64,000 nt of DNA, taken from NCBI GenBank assembly GCA_036337155.1, contig JAYZET010000004.1:8352-72351 (forward strand), read 5' to 3'. Made by a program: the position numbers and the translations under genes. The notes below the pieces were generated by a model. It did no database searches, had not been told where the DNA came from, and worked only from the letters and a program-made list of their open reading frames with translations. The DNA comes from Pseudomonadota bacterium. GTDB lineage: Bacteria; Pseudomonadota; Alphaproteobacteria; UBA8366. Of the stretch, positions 9,003 through 17,914 are shown in pieces; positions within the stretch are counted from its first letter, which is position 1, and every line of letters begins with the position of its first letter.

Positions 9003-11530
9003 AGGCATGGTTGGTTCCCATTCGCTTCGCGCTCCGTGAGTTGCGGTCGGGATTGTTTGGGTTTCGCTTATTGATCGCCTGTTTAGCTCTCGGTGTAGCC
9101 GCGGTTGCCGGTGTTGGCTCGCTTGCTGCGGCGTTGACGGCGGGCTTGAAGGCGGAAGGCCGAACCCTGCTTGGTGGCGATGTCGACCTCACATTTACTC
9201 ATCGTCGCGCTTCCCAAGAGCAATTTTCTTGGCTGAAAGCCGGGGGTGCAAAAATTTCATCCGTCATCGAGATGCGCACTATGGTTCGCCCATTGTTAGG
9301 GACGGCTCGACAAAGATTGGTCGAATTGAAGGCTGTTGATGGGAATTACCCTATTTACGGAAGTTTTACGCTAAGGGGCGGCGGTAATCTTGCGATGGCG
9401 CTTCAAAGGAAAGACGATGTTTGGGGTGCCGCTGTTGGGCCGCGGGTGCTCGAGCATCTTGGTATTTCCGTTGGCGATCGGTTTCGCATCGGCGACGCCG
9501 AATTTCGGGCAGCAGCAATTATCCACCGCGAACCAGACCGAGGCACACGAGCGTTTAGGCTTGGCCCGCGGATTATCATTGCAGCGCCGGCCTTGGCGGC
9601 AACGGGCTTAGAACGACCAGGAAGCCTTATCCGATATCATTACCGCCTGGCGCTTCCGCCCGGGACAGACCTTAAGGTATGGCGTGAGACTTTGCAGAAA
9701 CGCTTTCCCGGGGCTGGTTGGCGCATACGGGACGTAGAAAATGCAGCACCTGGTATCCAACGGTTCGTCGACCGCGTGGCGCTGTTCCTTTCGCTGATTG
9801 GGCTGACCGCTTTGCTGGTTGGCGGTGTCGGTGTCGCCAATTCCGTTCGATCTTTCATTGAGTCGCGGATCCGATCTATCGCGACTTTGAAGTGTCTCGG
9901 TGCGAATCGACAAACCATTTTTCGCATTTACCTGCTGCAAGTTTTTGCAATGGCCACAGTTGGCATCTCCGGCGGTCTTGCGATTGGCGCACTGGTGCCG
10001 AAGTTCGTGGCTCCATTGCTCGATGGCCAACTGCCTGTAACGGTGCGCATGGGATTTTATTTGGAACCTATGGCGATCGCCGCCGCATTCGGGTTTCTTG
10101 TCGCCGCGCTCTTTACGTTATGGCCTCTTGGGCTTGCTGGTGAGGTGCGGGCGGCTGCTTTGTTTAGGAACACCGTTGAACGCCTTTGCGGGAAACCGCC
10201 ACGGCGCTTTTACTTTGCAAGTGGAGGGCTTGCGGCGATAATTGCCTTGTTGGTTATTGCAACGGCGTCCCGTCCGGATATGGCTGGTTGGTACATCGCT
10301 GGCGCGGTTTTGGCATTCGCTATTTTCCGAGCGGTAGGAGAAGTGCTCGTTCATATCCTTCGCCGGATACCGCGTCCCCGTCGTCCTATATTGCGACTGG
10401 CACTTGCCAACCTGCACCGGCCTGGTGCGCCGACGACCGGAGCAGTGCTCTCGCTTGGTTTGGGTTTTACGGTACTCGTGGCGGTTGCGTTATTGGAGCA
10501 CAATCTTAAGCGCCAAATCGAAGAAGTCCTGCCTGAGGAAGCGCCGGGATACTACTTCATTGACATCCAGCCGCCACAAGCGGAGGCATTTGACAAACTC
10601 GTGCGGCATCATCCTGGCGTTGCTGATTTGCAACGCGTTCCGATGTTGCGTGGTCGCATTGTAGCGTTGAATAGCACACCGGTAGAAAAGATAGTGCCGC
10701 CGCCCGAATTTGCGTGGATACTGCGCGGTGATAGAGGTCTCACCTGGTCGCGCCGTTTGCCAGATGCAGGCAATCGCATTGTTTCTGGCGATTGGTGGCC
10801 AGCGGACTATGCGGGCGAGCCTTTAGTTTCTTTTGACGCCCGGGCGGCGCGCGCGTTCGGTCTTGACGTTGGTGACAGCTTGACAGTGAACATACTGGGT
10901 AAGCGGGTCACGACCAGGATCGCCAATCTCCGGGTCATCGACTGGACCAGCCTGGGAATTAACTTTGTGATGGTATTTTCGCCTGGGCTCTTAGAAGGTG
11001 CCCCGCAGAGCCAGATCGCGACTGTGCGGATCGATCCGGCGAAGGAATTGGCGCTCGAACGTGCAGTCGCGGACAGTTTCCCAAACGTAACGGCCATCCG
11101 CGTCAAAGAAGTGCTGGAAGACGTAAACAGCGTGCTGGGAAGCCTCGCTATCGCCGTTAAGGGCATCGCGGCAGTGGCAATTTTCGCTGGAATTCTGGTG
11201 CTTGGAGGATCGATTGCGGCGGACCATCGGCGGCGGGTCTATGACGCCGTTGTACTCAAGGTATTGGGTGCGACGAAACTGCGGATCATGAGGACTTTCC
11301 TTGTAGAAATCGGATTAATCGGTCTGTTCACCTCGTTTCTGGCCGCACTACTCGGCACGCTTATCGCTTGGTCTGTCGTTGAGAAGATCATGCGCATGCG
11401 ATGGGACTTCGGAGTGGAACCGCTGGTCTGGACGCTCTTTGCGGCCGTGGTCGTTACGACCGTGTTTGGTTTCGTCGGGACTTGGCGCGCCTTAAGCCTG
11501 AAGGTGGCACCATATTTGCGCAACGATTGA
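8999..11530 (+). CDS. FtsX-family ABC transporter permease (YbbP-like, two FtsX domains)
   Basis: About 843 aa with two clusters of TM helices separated by large loops. ATG at 8999 overlaps the ATPase stop (ATGA). MKAWLVPIRFALRELR is a typical N-terminus. Confidence 0.85.
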   Translation: MKAWLVPIRFALRELRSGLFGFRLLIACLALGVAAVAGVGSLAAALTAGLKAEGRTLLGGDVDLTFTHRRASQEQFSWLKAGGAKISSVIEMRTMVRPLLGTARQRLVELKAVDGNYPIYGSFTLRGGGNLAMALQRKDDVWGAAVGPRVLEHLGISVGDRFRIGDAEFRAAAIIHREPDRGTRAFRLGPRIIIAAPALAATGLERPGSLIRYHYRLALPPGTDLKVWRETLQKRFPGAGWRIRDVENAAPGIQRFVDRVALFLSLIGLTALLVGGVGVANSVRSFIESRIRSIATLKCLGANRQTIFRIYLLQVFAMATVGISGGLAIGALVPKFVAPLLDGQLPVTVRMGFYLEPMAIAAAFGFLVAALFTLWPLGLAGEVRAAALFRNTVERLCGKPPRRFYFASGGLAAIIALLVIATASRPDMAGWYIAGAVLAFAIFRAVGEVLVHILRRIPRPRRPILRLALANLHRPGAPTTGAVLSLGLGFTVLVAVALLEHNLKRQIEEVLPEEAPGYYFIDIQPPQAEAFDKLVRHHPGVADLQRVPMLRGRIVALNSTPVEKIVPPPEFAWILRGDRGLTWSRRLPDAGNRIVSGDWWPADYAGEPLVSFDARAARAFGLDVGDSLTVNILGKRVTTRIANLRVIDWTSLGINFVMVFSPGLLEGAPQSQIATVRIDPAKELALERAVADSFPNVTAIRVKEVLEDVNSVLGSLAIAVKGIAAVAIFAGILVLGGSIAADHRRRVYDAVVLKVLGATKLRIMRTFLVEIGLIGLFTSFLAALLGTLIAWSVVEKIMRMRWDFGVEPLVWTLFAAVVVTTVFGFVGTWRALSLKVAPYLRND

Positions 11531-11607
11531 TTTGTGACATGGTTGCAATTGATGGATGAATCTACAATATTTAACGCAGGTAAGCCTATAAATTGGGAGT
11601 AGTTAGT

Positions 11608-12333
11608 ATGGCTTTTGATCCGCGTAGTGGAAATCTTGCACAGGCAGCCGCTAGAGCCGGTGTTGGTACGGACATTGATGCCGGCCTACGCAAATACATG
11701 CTCAGCGTCTACAATTATATGGCGCTCGGCGTCGCGCTCACCGGCATTATAGCGCTCGTGGTTGCGCTCAATCCGGCAATTATGCAGGCAGTGGCGCTCG
11801 GTCCCATGAAATGGGTACTTTTTATTGGCATTCTCGGCCTTGGGTTCTTCTCGGGCAAAGTTATGTTTAGCGGTAGCTGGACGATGGCCCAAGGCGCTTT
11901 TTGGCTTTATGCTGCGATGTGGGGTGCGCTCATTGCGCCGATGTTTTACCTCTACACTGGGGAAAGTATTGTGCGCGTGTTCTTCATCACTGCGGCGGCC
12001 TTCGCCGGAACGAGCCTCTACGGGTATACCACTAAGAAAGATTTGACGGCCATGGGTCGGTTTCTGTCCATGGCGACAATTGGAATCCTGGTTGCGGTCG
12101 TCGTGAATATTTTTATGCAGAGTGCAATGTTCCATCTGTTCCTTTCGGTTGTGGTCGTTCTCGTCTTTGCTGGCCTGACGGCGTATGAGACCCAGAATAT
12201 CAAGTCGGCTTATTTCGAAGGGGACTCCGGAGATTTGCAGAATCGCAAAGCGATTTTTGGCGCCTTTATCCTTTATGGTAGCTTCGTGACTATGTTCATC
12301 TGGATGCTATCGATATTTGGGAACCGAGAATAA
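11608..12333 (+). CDS. Bax inhibitor-1/YccA family membrane protein
   Basis: Seven hydrophobic segments with a YMxxVYxxMxxGL motif (KYMLSVYNYMALGV). GGGAG lies 8 nt upstream of the ATG at 11608. Confidence 0.9.
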   Translation: MAFDPRSGNLAQAAARAGVGTDIDAGLRKYMLSVYNYMALGVALTGIIALVVALNPAIMQAVALGPMKWVLFIGILGLGFFSGKVMFSGSWTMAQGAFWLYAAMWGALIAPMFYLYTGESIVRVFFITAAAFAGTSLYGYTTKKDLTAMGRFLSMATIGILVAVVVNIFMQSAMFHLFLSVVVVLVFAGLTAYETQNIKSAYFEGDSGDLQNRKAIFGAFILYGSFVTMFIWMLSIFGNRE

Positions 12334-12358
12334 GTTAAAAAAATAAACCAACGTTCTA

Positions 12359-12381
12359 CCGCTCGGGTTTTCCTCGAGCGG
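12359..12381 (+). terminator. hairpin downstream of the BI-1 gene
   Basis: CCGCTCG-ggttttcct-CGAGCGG followed by TT. It lies 26 nt after the stop at 12333. Confidence 0.4.
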
Positions 12382-12416
12382 TTATGGTTCGGGTTCGGGC
12401 GGACCAAAACGATGCC

Positions 12417-13145
12417 ATGATCCTGCTCTATACGGATTTCGGTTATGACGGCCCGTACGTCGGGCAGATGAAGTCGGTGTTGCACCGGTTGGCGCCGGAC
12501 GTTCCCATTATTGATGTCATGCATGACGCGCCTGTATGGAACCCGCGCGCCGCCGCCTATCTGCTGGCAGCCCTGGCGCGCGCGAGCGAGGCTGGTGACG
12601 TATGGCTCTGCGTGGTCGATCCCGGTGTCGGAGGGCCTCGTCTTCCGGTAGTGTTAGAATGCGGTGACGTGTCTTTTGTTGGTCCGGATAACGGATTGTT
12701 CGAGCCGCTCCATCGCAGAATTCCTGACGCGCGCCTTATGAGGGTCGATTGGCGGCCTGATCATCTATCCGCAACATTTCATGGCCGGGACCTCTTTGCA
12801 CCTGTCGCCGCCATGATTGCAAGAGGGGAGGCTGTTCCGGGAGATCCTTTGGAGATGAGTGAGACCCGCCCAGGCATCGAGTGGCCGGATGATTTAGCAG
12901 AGGTGATTTATGTTGATGCTTACGGCAATCTGATGACCGGCATCGCAGGCTCGACACTTGATGATGGCCGCAAGCTACGCGTTGGTTCCGAAACGTTGGC
13001 CTACGCGCGGACTTTTTCCGGCGTTCAAGAGGGTGTGCTTTTTTGGCACCGTAATTCGAGCGGTCTTGTCGAAATCGCTGCTAATCAGGCGCGTGCGGTC
13101 GACTTGCTTAATGTTAAGCCAGGTGCGGTAGTGGAATTCATTTGA
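12417..13145 (+). CDS. SAM hydrolase/SAM-dependent halogenase family protein (DUF62, SAM hydroxide adenosyltransferase-like)
   Basis: N-terminal LLYTDFGYDGPYVGQMK and IDVMHD motifs, with later FHGRDLFAP. ATG 12417 is preferred because ATG 12384 abuts the upstream hairpin. Confidence 0.85.
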   Translation: MILLYTDFGYDGPYVGQMKSVLHRLAPDVPIIDVMHDAPVWNPRAAAYLLAALARASEAGDVWLCVVDPGVGGPRLPVVLECGDVSFVGPDNGLFEPLHRRIPDARLMRVDWRPDHLSATFHGRDLFAPVAAMIARGEAVPGDPLEMSETRPGIEWPDDLAEVIYVDAYGNLMTGIAGSTLDDGRKLRVGSETLAYARTFSGVQEGVLFWHRNSSGLVEIAANQARAVDLLNVKPGAVVEFI

Positions 13146-13531
13146 TAGATGGTGAAAATGATCCGGATGCTTGGATGCGATTTGGGGTGCCTGCGCATAA
13201 CAAAATAGAGAAGCGTAAATTTTTACTGGCAATAAAAGGAGGTTTTATAGCGTGGGAATCGTTTTCCCATCCTGGGCTGGTTGTGGCATATTTTACGGCT
13301 CTCGAAGCTTTAATTATTGAATGACGGTTTGATAGGCACAATTGGGATTTAGCAATTCAACTGCTGATCACTCTGCAGTTGACCGTAATGGATTGATCGG
13401 GAACGATGGTGAGTTAGTATAATGCCATCATTACCTTACCCTAGCTTCTTTTTCTGCGCTTTGCTCTGTAAAATAAATTTCAGAAGTATCGCAAAAAATT
13501 TTTGTTAAGGCCGAACTCTTAGGATTGTTTT

Positions 13532-14623
13532 ATGTATGAAAATAAATACCAAGTAGTAAGAAAAGATTTGAGAAAAGCTCATGAACATAATTGGGGCCGG
13601 CTTGGCATAGCGGGGACTTGGTTAGATGCGGAAACTCGAGTTGGTATAATAAAAGAGTTAAGGTATTCAAAGGATTGTAGCTTATGTAAGTTGTCAAAAA
13701 ATTCACTTTCACCTAACCTGGTGGAAGGAAAACATGAGAGTTTAGGAATTCTTTCTGATGGAATGATAGAGATTATTCATCGTCTACGTCACGATGCTGC
13801 TCGGATTACTGAAGATTGGGTGAATAAGATAGCCCTTAAGAGAGTAACAGACGGTGAATATGTTGAAATCATTGCTGTTGTTGCAACTGTTTTAGCCATT
13901 GATGGTTTCAATGATACTCTTGGCTGGCCAAGGCCAAGCTTGCCAAAATTACAAGGCGGTATTCCTAGCAAGAAAAGACCAATAAATGCGAAAAAACAGT
14001 TAGCATGGGTACCTACGTTAAATCCTAGCGATATTGGCGTTGGGGAAATAAATCCTTACGAAGACGTGCGTGGCGTGCATATTCATCAAGCGTTAAGTTT
14101 GGTGCCCGAAGAAGTTATTGCCTTTTTTAAATTAGATGCTGCCCAGTACCTGCACGGCTCAGAGGTAAGGGATTTTAAAAAGGAATATCGTGCCTTAACA
14201 CATCAACAAATTGAATTATTGGCAGGTAGAGTATCTGCTATAAATCAATGCGTCTATTGAACTACCAGTCACGCAGTTCTGCTCCGTGGGAGCAGTGAAT
14301 TTTACGGTAAAGAAATCGACTTGTCCGCTATGGTACGTGAGTCGAATACGCCTACAGGTATAAGGGGTGAAAGTTGTCTTATTTCCTTAGCTGATGGGTT
14401 TTACTCTAATAATCAGGACGATTTAACTGTCGCAAGAGACAAAGTAGAAAAAGAACTAGGAATTTCAGCTCTAGTGGATGCTGCTGGTATTATAGGGATT
14501 TTTGATGGGATTGTTAAAGTAGCGGATGCTACAGGAATACCGCTTGAAAAGGACAAAAGTATTGCATCAAAAGAAATTCGCTTAAGCCTCGGTATAAACA
14601 AATTTCATCCAGATAAAAATTAA
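13532..14623 (+). CDS. AhpD/carboxymuconolactone-decarboxylase (CMD) family protein with in-frame TGA at 14258..14260; candidate CxxU selenoprotein (otherwise a nonsense pseudogene)
   Basis: Conventional ORFs 13532..14260 and 14321..14623 share one frame, with no stop in between. The TGA replaces the second Cys of the CMD motif: SAINQ-C-V-Y-[TGA]-T-T-S-H. A hairpin lies 18 nt downstream. Confidence 0.55.
14279..14295 (+). other. SECIS-like stem-loop downstream of the in-frame TGA
   Basis: CTGCTCC-GTG-GGAGCAG, a 7-bp stem. The apical loop with G/U starts about 25 nt after the UGA, within the range described for bacterial SECIS elements. Confidence 0.4.
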
Positions 14624-15055
14624 ATTGACCCAAATCTAAATTATTAATCTTGAGGTGGTATCCCTTGTACACACTACCCCCTTACGGGGGAAAAGAGCAT
14701 GTCCGTCCTGAGGCCAATGATCCCGAACACATTGCCTCAGAAAAACTTATTGAACCAATAATAATACGTTTGGAATTCAAGAAGTAAGGTGAATGATCTG
14801 ATATCCTCTACGACCCACACCACTCGGGATCCAGTGTTATCCTCAGCGTGATTGATGTATTGAATCAGCCATAAATTTATAACGAGTGATGAGAACGATT
14901 GCGTTGGTCATATAGATAAGAAGATTTTGAAACCACTCACACAAATTATGCTTTCATTATAGTTGGGATGCGTGTCGAGATCAGCTTCGACAGTTGCTAT
15001 TTGGTTACTGCAAAAAAACCTATACCAGAATAATTCTGTCGAATTCTTTAAAATT

Positions 15056-15131
<76 letters not shown>

Positions 15132-15360
15132 ATGCTTGCGACAGTAAAACGCGACCGGTCGCCGATGAGACCATAGGGCTGATGGGGAAAAGACGCAACA
15201 AACAAGCGGACTGATAAGTGCCGAAAAGAACTTCTTTATCTAATCTAAATCACTTTTGATGTGTTAAAATTCCAAAAATTTAACCCAAATGGATGAGACA
15301 TAAAGATAATTATCGTTCTTTTATGTTTTTAGGGTCTGATCTCTCGCAGGGCTGTTTTCT

Positions 15361-17208
15361 TTATATCTTCCGAGGTGTCGCGGTTAGCAGGAACCGCTGC
15401 GCTTCTTCCAGAAAGATGGGATCCTCAAAGATCTTGTCGCAGCCGTTCTGAATTTGTTTCTCGACCTGTGAACAAAATTCTGAGTTGGTGCCAAGGCGTA
15501 AGGCTATATTTGCGAAGTCATCTGCGTCCTTGGCAACGCAATCCATCATGCCCATGTGCTGATATATGGCGAGGCTCAGCCGTCCTCGAAGATAGTCGCC
15601 CGGCAGGGTCACGACTGGGGTTCCCATGGCGAGAGCCTGATAGGTCGTATTGCCGCCGCAGAAGGGGAAACTATCAAGACTAACGTCCGACAATGCGAGA
15701 AGTCGCATGTAATTTTCGTGTGTTTGCCGGGGGAGAAACCGGATACGCGCCGCATCTTTGCCGATGGTGCGCTCGAATCGATCACGCAATTTGGCGCCCC
15801 ATTTGCGGTCTTGTCCCTCGAGGAGGAGGATCAGGCCTTTCGGGTCACGCAGCAGTATGGTCGCTAAGGCGCAGTCCATGTTCGGGTGAATTTTGAACAG
15901 GTTCTGCGCTAAAAAATAGATCGTCGCGTCTTCCGGTAGATTGAAATCGCGGCGCGAGCCGATAGGCTCTGGCCGAGCGGGTCGCCGGTAAGAGAAAGGA
16001 AGGCCGCCCAAACGAACGAGTTGCTCTGTATAATGTTTTTCGGCGTCTTCTGGTTCCGCCGCGTCGCAGGAAAGGTAGTAATCGATGGTAGGCATCCCGG
16101 TGGTGACGGGATGGCCCCATGTAGCTGCCTGAATCGGTGCGAGCTTCGACTGGGCCAAAAAATAGGTCACGGGGTCTATGCCGATATCTGGATAGAACAG
16201 GACATCAAGTTGTGCGATGGAGATCATCTCCCGCGCCGCCTGTAGATCGCTTGGCAGGGTTGCGACCGTATCCGCGAGAGCGTCTATTTCTCGTCTCAAC
16301 TCATCGTTTTTTGGTGTAACAACATGAAACAAGAAAATCTGACAATCGCTGCGCTCGTGTAGACATGCGATTAGTCCGATCATCAGTCGACCAATCGAGT
16401 GGTCATGCAGGAACCGAGAAGCGATGCCGATACGGCGCACCGTCGTAGCAATGCTTTTCTGGGCGCAATGCGGTGCTGTCCAGCAAAGCGAGGGGCAGGC
16501 CGCCCGCATTAGGCGTGCCTGTTTTTCCTGCAATGGGCGATCGTCGAGGCCGTGATATGCGAGAAAAAATCGGTTTCCACCAGCTTCTCGTACGGGGTCA
16601 TTAACCGGTGGCGGGGCCTCAAGGAGAGCTTCCAGGCGGCGTGTATATTCATCGCGGGCATCGGAATATGATTGGGCTGACTCCGGAATAATAGGAACCT
16701 GCAATTGGGCGCGCAGGGTGAACCCGCGAGGTGCGCCGAGGTAGATAGCCCTTTCATAGGCGCGCCGTGCGTCCTTAAATTCACCGCGTGCTTCATGGAC
16801 GGACCCTTTGTAGAGAAGGGGTTCCGGCCAATCCGGTCTATGAAGTGCGGCCGCGCTGAAATGGGCGATAGCGTGGCTCGCAGCTCCTTGTTTTTCCAAT
16901 AGCCGGGCAATCGCAAAATGTGCATTTGCGTTTTTTGGTTCAAGCGCCAGAGCGGTCCGGTACGCGGTAATCGCGGCGTCATTTTGACCGACCCGTGACA
17001 GAGCTTGGGCTAGACCGAAGCATGGTTCTGCCCATTCAGGAGTAATTTCTGCGGCTCGGGCAAATGCGCGTATTGCTTCTTCGGGAAGATCGTTAGCCGT
17101 GACCTGGCCAATGCGGTTCCAAATTTCGGCGTCATCTGGGGTGGCTTCCGCCTGGGCCTTTAGGCGGGCGAAATCGGAATTTCGGTGATTCTCTCCAGAG
17201 AGTATCAT
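15361..17208 (-). CDS. TPR-repeat protein fused to an OGT/SPINDLY-like (GT41-type) glycosyltransferase domain
   Basis: The N-terminal third has TPR units (AITAYRTALALEPKNANAHFAIARLLEKQG...). The C-terminal part has COG3914-like blocks (IYFLAQNLFKIHPNM, FLPRQTHENYMRLLALSDVSLDSFPFCGGNTTYQALAMGTPVVTL). ATG at 17208; a GTG at 17226 is also possible. Confidence 0.8.
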   Translation of the reverse strand: MILSGENHRNSDFARLKAQAEATPDDAEIWNRIGQVTANDLPEEAIRAFARAAEITPEWAEPCFGLAQALSRVGQNDAAITAYRTALALEPKNANAHFAIARLLEKQGAASHAIAHFSAAALHRPDWPEPLLYKGSVHEARGEFKDARRAYERAIYLGAPRGFTLRAQLQVPIIPESAQSYSDARDEYTRRLEALLEAPPPVNDPVREAGGNRFFLAYHGLDDRPLQEKQARLMRAACPSLCWTAPHCAQKSIATTVRRIGIASRFLHDHSIGRLMIGLIACLHERSDCQIFLFHVVTPKNDELRREIDALADTVATLPSDLQAAREMISIAQLDVLFYPDIGIDPVTYFLAQSKLAPIQAATWGHPVTTGMPTIDYYLSCDAAEPEDAEKHYTEQLVRLGGLPFSYRRPARPEPIGSRRDFNLPEDATIYFLAQNLFKIHPNMDCALATILLRDPKGLILLLEGQDRKWGAKLRDRFERTIGKDAARIRFLPRQTHENYMRLLALSDVSLDSFPFCGGNTTYQALAMGTPVVTLPGDYLRGRLSLAIYQHMGMMDCVAKDADDFANIALRLGTNSEFCSQVEKQIQNGCDKIFEDPIFLEEAQRFLLTATPRKI

Positions 17209-17914
17209 TGCACTTATCGATACCACTGGAACGGGGAAAATCCTAGCAAAATGCGCATCGTATTATGCTATGAATGGTGTGAGGGTACAACGGAACTCTA
17301 GTGCTATTGCTAGAATTTGCCTACCGAATAAAAACTCTGGCATTTGGTTTTTGTTTAAAGTTAGCGTAGATTTTTAGTCATTAACATCCCTTAATATGAC
17401 AGTGTTTTATGTCAAACAGCTATAATTCAGTCTTCGATGGAAAAGTTTTCTATCGCCGATTACTGATTATGAACATAACGCCAATTTGACGGGGAAGTCT
17501 CGTATAGTCGGGTCACTTGTTTCTAATACAGTTAATGTCATTAGGATCGTGCGGATTCAAAGTAACATTTCCATCTCGTTTAAACGATACTTGCGATCAT
17601 AGGTGACGTTACCCTAATCTTGAGCCACAATGTCGAATCCGATATTTGATCATTTTCATCTGAAGTATCGCTTCAACGGGGGGAGTAATTTGCGCCTTTG
17701 CGATGCCAGTTGCGTTCCGCTCGATGGCGGCTCTTCTAAGGGATCATTGCCTATCTGGATAACGACGGGTGCATGCTTAAGTATCCAAGAAATTTGCCGA
17801 TGGTCTGCTATTTCAATCAATAGGCTGATACCAAGGATAGATGCTAGGTATGGTGAACCAGGTAGACATCGAAGTTAAAGTTTTCGATATATATTTGCAT
17901 CAAATGATCAACAA

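Larger units (their letters stand above)
13146..15055. other. visibly AT-rich islet abutting the 3' end of tRNA-Thr (possible remnant of an integrated element)
   Basis: Composition drops sharply after the DUF62 stop (13145) and recovers after the tRNA. 13179..13200 (GATTTGGGGTGCCTGCGCATAA) loosely resembles the tRNA 3' end (AATTTGGTGCCGATGCGCAGAC). No integrase is present. Confidence 0.35.

Noticed and set aside
14678-14691. GC hairpin CCCCC-TTAC-GGGGG about 55 nt downstream of the CMD-like gene, considered as an intrinsic terminator
   Set aside because: It is followed by AAAAG on the plus strand and by a non-U stretch on the minus strand. It does not meet the stem-plus-U-tract criterion and may still be a weak or factor-dependent stop.
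17630-17878. 82-aa ORF in the long AT-rich intergenic region
   Set aside because: It has no SD and no recognisable domain, and its composition looks like non-coding AT-rich DNA. I kept it only as a note within the intergenic-region finding.
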